Assembly: GCF_000181795.1 (NCBI RefSeq)
Contig: NW_003526945.1
Span: 5,185,094 to 5,249,093 of the forward strand
From: Trichinella spiralis
Taxonomy: Eukaryota
Length of the DNA stretch: 64,000 bases
Reading direction: 5' to 3'
A program made the translations under genes and the position numbers. The notes below the pieces were generated by a model. That model had not been told where the DNA came from, ran no database searches, and was given only the letters and a program-made list of their open reading frames with translations. Shown here piece by piece: positions 49,012 to 61,971 of this stretch (position 1 is the first letter of the stretch; every line of letters begins with the position of its first letter).

Positions 49012-51237
49012 AACGCTGGCAACAAGCACGCACAACAAAAACACAAAGCTTCAAGTAAGCCGGCGGCCATAAGGCGCAGGTGATCCGCCCAACTTTACTA
49101 ATTACGCCCATATAACGGGAGTTTGATTTTCACAACACTACCTGAAGCAGCAGCAGTATCTATTCAAAAATGAACCACTAATCAAATCGTTTCAACGTTC
49201 CAAGCCGAAAAGCTTTTTCCAGTTGCATGATCAACCAACCGTACCGAAAATCACCCCTTCAATATTGCAATCTTCTTACACACACACATACACACAAACA
49301 AACAAACAAATATATATATATATATCTTTATTTATTTATTTATTTTTCAAGCTTTCAAATTACAATTAAATCAATAATGATTATTCAAAATTAATTTATG
49401 CTTTTTTTTGCTTTATTTCTTGTTATAAATAAAATTATCATTTGCTGACGTTGCTGTTGTGGTTGTTGTTGTTTAATTGCTGTCTAATAAAACGTAACAA
49501 CGTAAACGTGTCGAACAAATTTAACGCTGCACATATGCGAACAGCTAACTCGCCAGCTAGTCAGCCAGACGTGGAGTAGAGAGAGACTCGAAGTGAAAAA
49601 AATAAGCTTTACCCAAAAGCTTGGCTTCATTGACTATATTATAATCATTTGAAAATGCAGACAGAAATTGATCCGATCAGGTGCGCGCTAGAAAATTATT
49701 CAGCCGCAAGAATTGCTTGAACAGCCAAGCCAACTTCTCATCTAAAGCGTTAAGCTTTCTTGTCGTATTTGTCATTTATTCTATTTTTTTTTGCTCGCTC
49801 GCTTGGCTTTTTTTTAAATTATTCTTTTGCGTTTATTACCTGAGACGTCTGGTTTCTTCTTTTTATTTCATTTTTTTACAATCTAATTTAAATAATAATT
49901 CACTTCGTCATTGCTGTTCAGCATGACAAAAAGAAATTTTCATTCATGAATACATAAAATTTAACAATTCAATCATACGCAGGCATTTGCATGATAACGG
50001 TAAACAAACAAAATTTCCATCAGATTCTTCAATAGAAATCAATTTATTATTTTTTATCTTTGAAATTGAAATATTTTTTTTTAATTTCGAATCAAATTAT
50101 TCATAATATTTATTAAAATTTTCCAAAAAAGTTGTTAAATTAATAAATTTTTTCAAATTCAAACCTGCATATATAATTGGACTATCTTGTCAGTATAATA
50201 TTCACTATGCATGCACTGTAGTTGTAGTGCAAAATTTTGTGTTATTTTCAAAAATTTCCCGTCTATTAATTATTTCTACTTTATTCAAATTATGTTATTG
50301 GAATGAAATCAACTTTCACTGCTTACCTTTCATGATGATGTTGATTCGTAAGTAATATAATTTGAACGTAATTATGAGCACCAATTTTTGCAGTACATTT
50401 TATACCGAAGAAAACACTTATTGTAATGGATGTTTCTCTTTCCACTTGTTGCATGCTGATCAACAACTATGAATAATTTGCATTTGATTTATTTGTCAGA
50501 AGTTATTTCAAATTTATTTCTCTTCAATTATTGATAAACGAAATTATCCTTTGAAGTGAATTTGTTGAAAAATTGCAATCAAATAATGTTCCATGTCCAT
50601 CTGCATGTACTTTCAGTTGAACGCGGTGCGTGCTTTGTTTTGCTCAAATGTTTCTCTTTTATTTATAGGATGCTTCTCTTCATTATTCAATAATTCAATA
50701 TACAAAAACTACACTTCAAAGAATACTTCTTTCTTTTCATAATAAGTTTTATCGATTTTGAATTTCTTATGCGTCACAAGTACTGTTGGAAATTCGAGCT
50801 CTCTCTTTTAAATAATTACTGCTACTGTGAATTCTGAAGTTGAAATATGAAATTTGTCTTAATTATTTGTTTTTGCTTTTATAAAATATATATTCATTTC
50901 ACTTTTATTATTTTTTCTAATTTTGCATTTTACCACTTCACGTAAATCAACCGATAACAGAAGCAGTAGCGGATAAAAATTGTCTGCAAAATTCTCTCAT
51001 TACATATATTTATTCAACGAGAGTCAAGTGATATGATTATTTGAATGACATTTAAAAATAAGCTAGCTGGTTGGAATTAGCAGTTTTAACAAGCAAAAAA
51101 ATTTTAATTAAAATTCGTGGGCGTGGGTTGACATTTGAGATTTGAAGTGACGCCTAATTTGACGATTTTAATCCTTTTCTGTTCAGTTCCATTTTGTTGT
51201 TTCTCAGCCGAGTCTTGTAAAAGCTAATTGCGATAGT

Positions 51238-51955
51238 ATGTCCGTTGTTTATGAGGGCAGGGCATACAAACCAAAACAAACCGGTAAACAGAAGAAATAT
51301 TGGGGATGTTCAAAAGTGTGTTCGTGAAGAAGGGTGCACAGTGTGGACAAATTTGGGCGTGACGGCCGTGATCAGTCAGAAAGATCACATGTAAAGCTGC
51401 CTGGTCGATCAGCATCTAGCATACAACGTGGAATAGAAGGCGATTTAAAAAACACCAAATGCTAAAAGAACTACACACATCCCCACCAACTGTGATCACG
51501 AAGCCTCCGCTGATTCATCTACCTCAAGCTATTCCTGATATTTTAGCGTGTGAGGGCCACAATTTACATAAACCGGGCATAACGGTTCCCAAGACTTTTC
51601 TCACACCGTCATAACCAACACAAATTACTAATGAATTTAAGAAAACAAAGTCTGAAGAAAACTTTCTGCTGTACCAAAGTGTATCCAAGTACATCCTCGT
51701 TCTTGTGATGATTAATAACAATAGACTGCTGGCAATCTGCAAAACCTGGGACATGGATAGTACATTCAAGATCGTCCCTGAGTGAAATCACCAACTGTTC
51801 ACCATTCGTGTCTTTCTAGTGGGTAAGCTGGTGACAGCAGCCTATTGTTTATCTTCAAGTAAAGACATCAACACATACGGATTTATTATTCAAGCTTAAT
51901 TAACCAAAACGGCCCTCCGTTTGTGGTCAGTTTTGATCCACAAATAATTATTATT
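51238..51955 (+). pseudogene. Degenerate FLYWCH zinc-finger + MULE (Mutator-like) transposase fragment
   Basis: MSVVYEGRAYKPKQTGKQKKYWGCSK...VWTNLGVTAVISQKDHM*SC (FLYWCH), RFPRL, then EFKKTKSEENFLLYQS...KTWDMDSTFKIVPE*NHQLFTI...GKLVTAAYCLSSSKDINTYGFIIQA* (MULE D-G/S-T-F motif). Several in-frame stops and frameshifts. Confidence 0.9.
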
Positions 51956-54528
51956 GTTCACTGTGTTTATTGTTTCTGGTGTTGTTGAATTGAGAAAAAT
52001 AAAAATCACTGCTTTACTTTTTGTTTTATATTGGTTTTGTTGAGTTGTTAGTATCACATTTCATACAACTTTATTGCAATACAATAAAATTGTTTTTGAA
52101 ATTATATATCATACAAAAATATAAAATTCACTACAAATTATAAATAAATGTACAGATATATATTTTTTAATAAATTGTAATAAAAATAAATTGAATAAAA
52201 TTTGAAAATATTAAAAATTCCATTACTGAAGCTGATGAAATTGTAAATGGAAATATTTCGACCAATCAGATGAAAACTATTTCAGCAAATCAAAATAGAA
52301 AAATTTGAATCAATGAGCAGTTTGAAAAAAAGAACGAATAAGAAAACGATAAAAAGGTCCAATAAGATGAAAGCTTTTAACGACCAGTAAAAAAATGTGG
52401 TGAAAATTTATAGCCCGAGCTTGACGAAATTTCAGCTTCAACTTGTATTTTGTGTTCAAATTGTTCATACTTTTTGGCAAGCTCAGCTTTTTTACTATGT
52501 ATTGAAGTGAAGTATGTTCGTTCTCTTGCTGTTTGTTCGTCAAAATCATCATTCATCATTTTGTAAATTTAATGGTATTTAAATGTGATTTTACTTTTTG
52601 ACCGTCCAGCTTGCCGTTGAAGTGGCTTTTGTATTTTTTAATTGTACGTTTGTAATTTTAATTCCAATGTAACGTCATCTCCATTAAATGTGGCACTTTT
52701 GACGACATGTGCTCAAATTGTTTGAACATTACACAGCGTTCATTTTGAATTGAAACAAATTAATTTGAACTACTGGACAATGGATTTTGACATTTTCTCC
52801 CCGTTGTCGTAACTTGATGGCAAATTCAACGTTGGTGAACGTCATATTTTGCATAAATTGATGCAAAATCACTACTGATTGATTTCATAATTTCATTTTG
52901 TTCACTAGCTTAGCCTTCAATAGCAACGTCATCATCATCGATTCCCTATATCTGCTAACAGTTTTGTTTAATTAGCCTACTTTAGCAATTGTTATCTTTT
53001 CCAGAGAATACGGTAGTGAATAGAATGGCAGATGTGAGGCGATCCTTACTTCTTATCGATGTCTTCTTCCACGTTGCATGTTCAACAGCAACGATCAGTA
53101 GCGGCTTATTCGTGTGGCATTGGAATAATCCATTGTTCAACGATGACTCATCATCTGCTCGAAATCATTTAAACTATCCTTGACGATATGATATGATCAA
53201 ACTTGTTGAACGACAACTTGCAATCCAATACATACGACGCGAGTGTAATATGCTAATTTCGTCGTCGTCATTTATCCAAGTAAATCGCTTTACTGGAGTA
53301 TTATTTTAAAAACTGTCCACGTTAATTACAGTTTATCGTATTGTCCAATAATTCTTGCTTAGCTTGTTTGAACTTTATCAATTATTTTGAGCTTTTCCAT
53401 TCATACTGATTCCTCTGAAACTGTTCATAATTAAATCTATAATTTATTGGTCAGCTAATTTCCAAATTTCAATAGTCGAACTTATAACTTATCCAATTGT
53501 CACTGTATACTTGTTTCTTATTATATTTAATGTCATTTTTTGAAAAAATATAAAAATACGAAAATAATACGATCAAAAGTAAACTGCGAAATGGATTATT
53601 TAAGATGAAAAGAAAATCATTTGTATTATTATTTCAAAATTTAATTTGTAAATATGATCGCAGGTTAAATTTTCGTTTCATCAGTTGTCTTTGCACTGTA
53701 TTAAACCAAAATAAAATCAACAATAATAATAATAAGAAGAAGAAGAAGAATAATAGAAGAATTCGACGTGTTGATTGATCTTTTAAACTGGGTCATAAAA
53801 ATAATAATAAATAAGATGGTTGTTGTTTATAAATGCATGTTTCAATTATCATTTAAAAATTGTTCACTTGTTGTTGTCATATTAAGAATAAGGTGATAAA
53901 ATTATTTTTATTACTTTCTCTTCTCAATCGTTGCCAATTTACCTAAAATGGCGTTAACAATCACTTTGCAAAGTCTGACAGCACTAGGATCACCAGGAGG
54001 CAAATCAATAAATGCCGTACAATTGTTTGTAAGAATATTTTCAGCATAATTAATTTTTCAAAATTGAAATTTGATAAATGTAAAGTATTTTTTTGCATAA
54101 TAATAATTGAACTGTTCGTTGTTTGAGAATTGGAAAAATGAACAATAATAATCAGTAGTTGATTGGTTGAAAAGTAAATTGGTTTGACTTGATGTGAAAT
54201 GGTTTTTTTATTATTAATGCAAATTTGCAACAAGAAAATGTACGGGGAAAAGTGTACAAATGATAATCAATAGATAATGATGACGAAGGAGAAAAAATTG
54301 CTGTTGCTATAATTTACACCAACGTATCACCAGGCAACTGATACAGTTGTTGATTTGTTATTTTTGTTCATGAACGTGTAAATTAATATGCTTATTATTA
54401 AAATTATTCAAAGAAGAAAGTGATTGTCATTTGTTTTTTTTCTATCTTGATTATATTTATATTTACAGTCAACGTTGTATAATTCAAATTTACGTTCGAC
54501 AGTGACAGAAGTGGTTCGATGTATTTTG

Positions 54529-54542
54529 GTTGTCATGGAGAC
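54529..54542. promoter_or_regulatory. X-box (RFX/DAF-19 site) of arl-13
   Basis: GTTGTC AT GGAGAC fits the nematode consensus RTHNYY-WT-RRNRAC at all 14 positions and lies 74-87 bp upstream of the ATG at 54616. A second 13-bp variant, ATCACC-A-GGCAAC, is at 54326-54338. Confidence 0.85.
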
Positions 54543-54615
54543 GCGGTTGCAAAATCGGTTGTGCTGTGTCGGCGGTCTGTGACAATGCACTAAATGGCGT
54601 TGAATATTAGTGCGT

Positions 54616-56100
54616 ATGGGAAATTGTTCCACTAATCGAGGGCCAAAAAGGTGAGCATTGTGAAATTCAAAAAAAAAATAATAATTCTCTTTATCAATCG
54701 TACATATTATTTCACATTTCACTTTGTTCAAAGGAAGAGTCAAGTGGAAAAAGATATCCAACTAAGCGCGACTAATCAGATTGATAAATTTATTACTGTT
54801 ATTAATGTTTTTTTTTGCTTTTTAAATTGATCGTATTTCTCTTTTAATGTGCAGGTGCTTTTTTTTCTCGGAGCATTTGCTTAATTGTATTATTTATTGA
54901 TGATGCACATTGATTTGACGACGTTGATGACGATTTTGTGAAATCAAAAAACGACAAAGCAATAGCCAGCCAAATTGTTGAAGGTGAAATATTTCTTTTC
55001 ACTTTTTGACGAATTTCTGAAATAGAAATTAATTTTATTACATTTTTAAAGCAAATTTCACTGATGGAAAACAAGTCGAATGAGGAGAGGTTAAAAAATT
55101 GCCATGAACACAAACGTCGAAAATGCTATTTTCAATTGTGCAAAGTTCAGCGAAAGATTATTTTGTTCTCTCTTTGTATTTTTTTATAATTTTTTTTTGC
55201 TAATTTCCATTTATAATTTAATCTTTTGAAATTTATCAATACTTTTCCCAACGGTACAGTACGGAAGGGGGGGGGGGAAAGGAAAACAATTCTCGTCGGA
55301 TTTCAAGCGCAATTGTTCGTTATCTTAAATATGTCAAAAAGTTAAATTATGCACATATATATATATATATATATTTTATTTATTTATGTGATATTCAAAA
55401 AAATAATTTTTTTTTCAATATTTAGAAAGATAACCGTTGCTGTGCTCGGTCTCGACAACGCCGGAAAAACTTCACTGCTCAAGTGTCTTAGCCGAGGTGT
55501 TTTGTATTTTATCTTCAACTTGTACATTTGCAAATTCATTTTCAACGTTTTTTTTTTGAATTCTCTTCCAGAATCAAACGGCATTTCCATGCCTACAATA
55601 GGATTTTCCAAATGTGTAATTCAAATGAGAAATTACACGGTGACATTTTACGATCTCGGTGGCAGTTCTGGAATCAGAGACATATGGAAAAATTATTATG
55701 CAGAGGTATGCAATTTTCATCTTGCAAAAAAATATGCTTTTGTTGATGATAGACAGACTATTTACTCGTCGGGGATATTGTTCCAAATGAACCTGTGTTA
55801 TATATTGGTTGAATTGGGTCAATGTCGTATCAATTATTTCAAATTATATACTGTCAGTTATATTATTTCGTGGTGCTTCATTTAAATTTTACACACTTCA
55901 AGCATTGAAACAGTTGTTTTCTTTTGAATTTTCAGTAAAATGGATGAATTTCAGATTCACGGCCTTATTTTCGTCATTGACGGCAGCGACTGGACCCGGA
56001 CCGAAGAGAACAGATTCGTTTTGGGTGAGGTTCTGAATCACGAGTGGATTCACGGAAAGCCTCTGCTGGTGTAAATGAATATCTTTGATAATTACAACTT

Positions 56101-56135
<35 letters not shown>

Positions 56136-57126
56136 CTCGTTCGAAAGAATTTATTTCTTTCCTATATACAGCATCATCAACAAGCACGACTTGAATCCGG
56201 ACGTGAACGAACTCATCCTTGCCGAACAGTTGCAGCTCAGGCGTTTCGCCTACAACGCCCAGTGTCCTTACACATCTGCAAGTGATCGATTAGTTGAATC
56301 GTAATATGAGAAAAATTAATGTTAGCTTTCTTTTCTCCTCTGCCCCTTTCCCACATCTGTGCAGACGATGTGCAGCGCGGTGAAAAATTGTCGGCGGTAC
56401 AGTAGAAAATTGAAAAAAAGCATCGCATGGCTGTTGAAGCAAGTGGAGATGAACCACGATTGGATCAGCGAGAAAATCCAAGCCGACTGTTCGAACCAGC
56501 GTCGCAAATTGGACGACGACAACGAAAAACGAATGGAAAGAATACGAAAATTCCACCAACAGTCAGCGGATATTTTTTGTTTACTTTTTTATTCAAATTT
56601 CTTTTTTGTAAACAACGTAAAAAAACTTCATTTTGTGTTGAATTTCGGCTTACGTTTTTCAGAGAAGAAACGGAAAAGCAACGCACTGTAACAACAACAA
56701 CAGTAAAAACTGTTCGATTTACTCTTTCCGTCGAAGTAAGTTTCCAAAGTTGATAAATTTTAAAAATTTTCCATTTTCCAGATAAATAAATATATACGTT
56801 TAAAACAAATTTATCTGTTCAATAACAAAATATTTAACAATTTTATGCACATCATTTAGGAGGACAACAGTGAAAACCAATCCAACACTGAGGAAAGTTT
56901 GGAATTGGAGGAGTATGGTGATGTTGATCAGCAGCAAGTTTCAGAAATTGTGGAAAATAATCAGGATAAAACGGGTGATGATAATGATACTGATAATAAC
57001 AAGTGTTGCGTGGAAAATGTCAGCAGTGAAGAACAATTAAACAATTCGACTGGATTAAATGTGCGAAAACGAAAACGAAAACGGCTGGCTCGTTTCCATC
57101 GTGTCCAACCGATGGACAACGAATGA
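54616..57126 (+). CDS. arl-13: Ciliary small GTPase ARL13B / ARL-13, about 332 aa
   Basis: Exons 54616-54650, 55426-55496, 55572-55705, 55955-56070, 56172-56277, 56365-56561, 56663-56735, 56860-57126, all in phase. G1 GLDNAGKT, G2 PTIGF, G3 DLGGS (no catalytic Gln, as in ARL13), G4 NKHD, G5 CSA, coiled coil ...EKRMERIRK, C-terminal RVQP motif. Confidence 0.95.
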
Positions 57127-57411
57127 ATTTTGAAACTGTCGCTAAACTACCTACCTACCTTACGCTCTTCTTGCCCTTCTGTTTCTACTGCCCCCCTCCC
57201 CCGTTACTGAAGCAACATTATCAACTCATTCGATCAATAAACATATTCTTCAACTTGTGAAAAGTGATTTTCAAATAGATAGATATATGGAAAGTATTTC
57301 TTTCAAATAAAAAATCAATCAATCAATCAACATATACGTCGTGAAATAGTGAACCAGAACTGACAAGTAGAGACGTCAAAATTTACCTGTCGCATCACTG
57401 GACATGAACAA

Positions 57412-58664
57412 TCACATACCACGACGGCTGGAATATCCACTGGTCGACGGCCTATCTATAAGTAAAGTTCGTTTCGTTTGAATAATCTTTTTTTTTTCAT
57501 TTAAATTGTCTCAGAGTTTTATTTACAAAATTGTAAACAAAACAACTTGTTTACGTTAAAGTGATAACGAAAATTACCATCGGCAATTTGGTTGCATCTT
57601 CGCCTGCCAGAACGTTGCCGGGTTGATCGTGCAACGTATTGGTCTTCGGCTTCGATTAAATCACCCAAAATCTTCCTACGCAGATGAACAGTTCCGAGGT
57701 GCGTGCAGGCCGCTTTCTTGGTTTCGTACTGCTTCCAGCAGATCGTGCATCTGTAAATGGTGATCTTTTTCAACGGGACGTTTTGATCCGCTCGAAATCG
57801 TCCACCGCTGTAGTGGACACCACTGTCCCTGTCGACGGGCGTATCGGCCGCATTTCGTGGCCTGTTGCTGGGCTCGACCGGCGCAACGGTTACTGGGCCG
57901 CTTGGCCACGTCTCATTATTATTATCCAACGACTCAGCCCTGCTGCTGCTCGTTACGGTTGCTACCTCAGCGTCGACGGTTGGCAAATGGGGTGGAGTTG
58001 CACAACTATCACCAGCACCCGTACCACTACTCGGATTGTCAGTAGTCGAATTTGCATCGTCATCACTGTCGTCCACGGTCAGATCAACAATCACAGGTCC
58101 ACTTTCATCGGTCACGGTCGACTGAGCGACGTCGGAGAAATCGATCAAAAATTCATCCACCATCGACTTGTACATTAACAGTAGAAGATTGAAACTGCTG
58201 TGACAACTCTCTCGGTGCATTTTCAAACTCACCATACCACCGGGCAGCGATACTCCACAACAGCCACACTGATAACATTTGTGCATGTAGAGCACGTGAC
58301 TAACCAATTCGCCCACTCGACGTGCCTTGTATTTGCACGCACGACAACAGAATGCTTCATCGCGCGACGCTTCTTCTCTGAAGCAACTGCTGTGCAAATG
58401 CAAACTCTTCACATCCACCAACTGGGAATAATGGACCGGGCATAGAATGTTTCTTTTGTTCTGCTTCACGTGCACTTCGTCAAAATGACGCTGAAACTCA
58501 TTCCACTCCATTCGTACGCCACATTCCATGCACAGCGAATGCCAAGTCGTCGTGCTGTTCTGTTTCGTTCCATCATTACTGCTGCTCACTTCTGACAGAC
58601 TTCTTCGTTCAGCTTCATCGCAGTCGACATTACTACAGAATGCGAGACCAGTATCCGTCGTCAT
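57412..58664 (-). CDS. C2H2 zinc-finger protein (about four clear fingers) with an acidic linker carrying a SUMO-interacting motif
   Basis: Exon 58664-57578 (donor G|GTAATT) plus probable terminal exon 57455-57412. Fingers: CMEC...HFDEVH, CRAC...HVLYMH, CGCC...HRESCH, CTIC...HLGTVH; plus one degenerate finger CPVH...H. Linker contains VIVDLTVDDSDDD. Confidence 0.85.
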
Positions 58665-61600
58665 GTGCACTTGTCCAACGAGACGTAAGAACTACGCAAT
58701 TTATGCAACATACGGTAATGTTTTTTGCGCCTGATTTTTTTTAAGCCAACACTTCATACTAACACTGTAGTTACAGTCACGTCTGGAAATCAAGTTTCAA
58801 AATTAATACATATATATATATATATATATATAGATAGAAAAGAATTTAAAAAATTTATTTTAAAAAATCTGTCACATTAAAGAGAAAAAATTGACGAAAA
58901 TATTCGATAATTGAATTTTTAAGTGGAAAAAATGCCGCTGAATTATCAGTTGGATGCTGGAACCGATACAAACGGATGGAAATGTTCAGATTGTTCTCTT
59001 GTTCAACATTCGAACTGAACAAGAAACAAGCACACAACAATTGACCGACAATTGACAATTAAATGGGAAATTTTATTCAACGTACCAGCTTGACGCATAC
59101 CAGCTGACCAACGGACCAACAAAGATTTTCAAGACCAACGAACAGACCAATGACAAAAATGACAAAATTTGTTCCGAGAATTTTTTACAGGTATTTTTTA
59201 TTTAAAAATTAATTATAAAAAAATACTTGTTTTTTTGGTTTTTTGCTCATCAACAATTATTTATTTATTTATTTTCCTCAATCTGTATCAAAACAAACAG
59301 TAGATGTTTAATGTTTACAGTTTGAAGTTTGAAAATATTCAAAGTTATACATATTTATGTTTGAATAAAAAATAGGTCATAAATTACGCTGTTTTAGTAG
59401 CAAATTGAACAGTTTATAAATTTTTAGAGACGACAAACCGATAAATAGTTAGCTGAGCAGTGAGAAATTTGCACTTAATTAAATTACCTCGAATTATTGT
59501 CAAGAGGTGTTGAATCGACAATTCTGACAACGAACAATCTTCAGCACGAGGAAAAACAAGTAAAAACAGAAATCACCACTTGACAATCATTGTTTTCATT
59601 CATTTGTACCGTATACTTTTCTGATTTGCAAGGAACAAAAGCGTAGTCAGAATCGTGATGGGCGCGTGCGGAAAAAATATGCAAATGATCAGGGAAATAC
59701 CCAGTATCATGACACAATTTCAAATCGTCATTTATTTGGCGATGGTCTACCTTACTGTCTATTTTTTTGTGTTGCGTTTGCTGTGCACCTATTGGTTTAT
59801 GTACATCGCAAACGAATATTATTTTGCATAGCAGTAATATGGTGAAAGAAGCAATAATGCAGCAGATTTGACAAAAATACCAATTCAGCAGCATTATTTT
59901 TTCATCCAGCAGCGGACATCGCACGTCGCAGAAGAAAATTCATTCAATCCGGAAGACGACTTCACTTCATGTTTTCGTTGGTCACTTTGTCAATGGACTT
60001 CGGATCCGGTGATCATAATCCAAAAGTGAAAATTGGCATTTTCCATCCAATGAATTTACAATATTTATATTTTTATCCGTTTGGGTGATGTTTCTTCTGT
60101 TGGCAATTAATATGCTGCAAAAATTCCATCCTTTCGATGGAATAGACATTGTCTGAAATGCTGCGATTTTATTGCTTCTATTAAAAGTATCAAATGGGTT
60201 GTGTTGTTTTAAATTTGTATTGATCGTTTTAAATTTTGGAATATTTTGTTTTTTTTGCATTTTTGTAAAGTTCCGATTATTCGCAAAAACCGTTTTCGCC
60301 AGCGTCGCGTTTTCTCCAGGCTGACGTTCAAAACTTTTTTCCATTTTATTCATTCGTAAATTTACAAAAATTACAAAACAATCGTCAGCCAAACGAAAAA
60401 ATAGTTAAGAAATACTTCAGTGGAACAATTATGGTCATTTTCAGCCGCGCGAAGCATGCTCGTTTTCTTTTGACTTTTTTTTTCGAACGCTTCTGTCCGA
60501 TTTTGCATTGGCTGAAAATGTACAATTGAAATTGTGAAATTTCAACAAGCTGACGTAACAAAAAAAATGGCAACATTCCCCTTCGCATCAGTATCATTTG
60601 CTCAATCTTCGTTTCTGGCGGACAATTTTGCCCACAAGGAAATGCGCCTGTCTTGTTTACGGACTGTTTGAAAAAATTGCCCCACCGAAAAATATTTCTG
60701 TAAATTTTGCACGATTTATAAAATCAACAGTGAATAATTTTTAATTCATTTTTTCAAATTTTGTTCCAATAAATCAGCGATAAAAAGACGTTATTTTATT
60801 TATCATACTGTAATAGGGGGGTAGTTTTTGCTGCCACGTGGCACTTCCGCGTACGTTTAAGTGAAATCAGGCGCAATTTGAAATTCAATCGTTGACCAGA
60901 TGAATTTTGAACTTGTTACAAAAAACAAGTTTAATTTGGTGTAAAAACAGACGAAAAAATTTAAAACTTTATCAATTTTTATTGTTAATGGGGGAAATTT
61001 TTAATAAAAAAAAAAGAATTTTCAAAGAATTTCCACTGCTTCAAATGAAAATTGGAAGAAGGTGTAAAAAGTTGTTCGTCAACTGATGAACAAAATTGGT
61101 TTTGGTTTCGATTTCACTCTCACAATTGAGTTAATTTTTAATTCACGGTGGTGAATTTCTGTTTGCATTTATCATACTGTTTACTCGTTCAATTTCATCT
61201 CGTTATTATTCAATTGCACTTGGATGTGAATTATAATATATATATTTTTTTTTTTTAAATTGTCATCATCATCATCATATTGTACGTGCAAAATTAGTGG
61301 AAGATGAATTCTCACTTTTGGCTTCAAACAAGTATCTGGAAATGAAAAACAAACAAAAATGCCATTCAAACAAGCCAGGTGTATAAACTGTTGGCCGCAG
61401 GTCATTGATTCTGCAGTGCACTTTATTTTCGCAAAACTTGTTACAGTAAATACGGCAGCCTTGGCAGGTGAACACAAGTGGCCCCGTGTGTGTGTGTGTG
61501 TGCGTATTTTTGTCGTTGGAATTTGTCCAATCTTGCAAATTGCCTATGCATATTGCAGTTGGCAGCAATTGCACACTGTTGTTGTTGTTGTTGTCGTCGT

Positions 61601-61753
61601 TTTTTACCCCCTCTTTTTGCAAATATGCTATTTACCTCGCGTTGGTTTAAAAAACATTTGCAACTGTCCGTGTTGAGCTGACTTTTTCCTACTCAGCAGC
61701 ACGTTGCCGGAGTTATTTTGCACGCGAACGCCATCGCCAACTATGCGGCTAAA

Positions 61754-61797
61754 AGCAGCAGCAGCAGCAGCAGCAGCAGCTAAGCGGCAGCAGCAGC
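61754..61797 (+). repeat. (CAG/AGC)n trinucleotide repeat upstream of the MARVEL gene
   Basis: (AGC)9 at 61754-61780 plus an interrupted extension. Confidence 0.9.
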
Positions 61798-61971
61798 GTT
61801 CAGCTTCACCGCCTTTTTATATATTTCTTTCTTCTATTCGCGTGTGAAATTTCAACAGCAACATTTGACGTCGACGTTTTTCTTCTTCCCCCAGCCTTTT
61901 AACCATTTCCAATTTTCTTATTTATTTATTTGTAAATTTCAGCTCTATTTTCACTTGGCTTCACCAAAGCC

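Noticed and set aside
48849..49070. 73-aa ORF MAAGLLEALCFCCACLLP... with a signal-like N-terminus and dibasic sites
   Set aside because: No amidation signal or repeated peptides and no family recognised; it overlaps the X-box-like motif. It remains an alternative reading of this island.
52989..53260. Coding-like GC-richer stretch upstream of arl-13
   Set aside because: All frames are short or unrecognisable.
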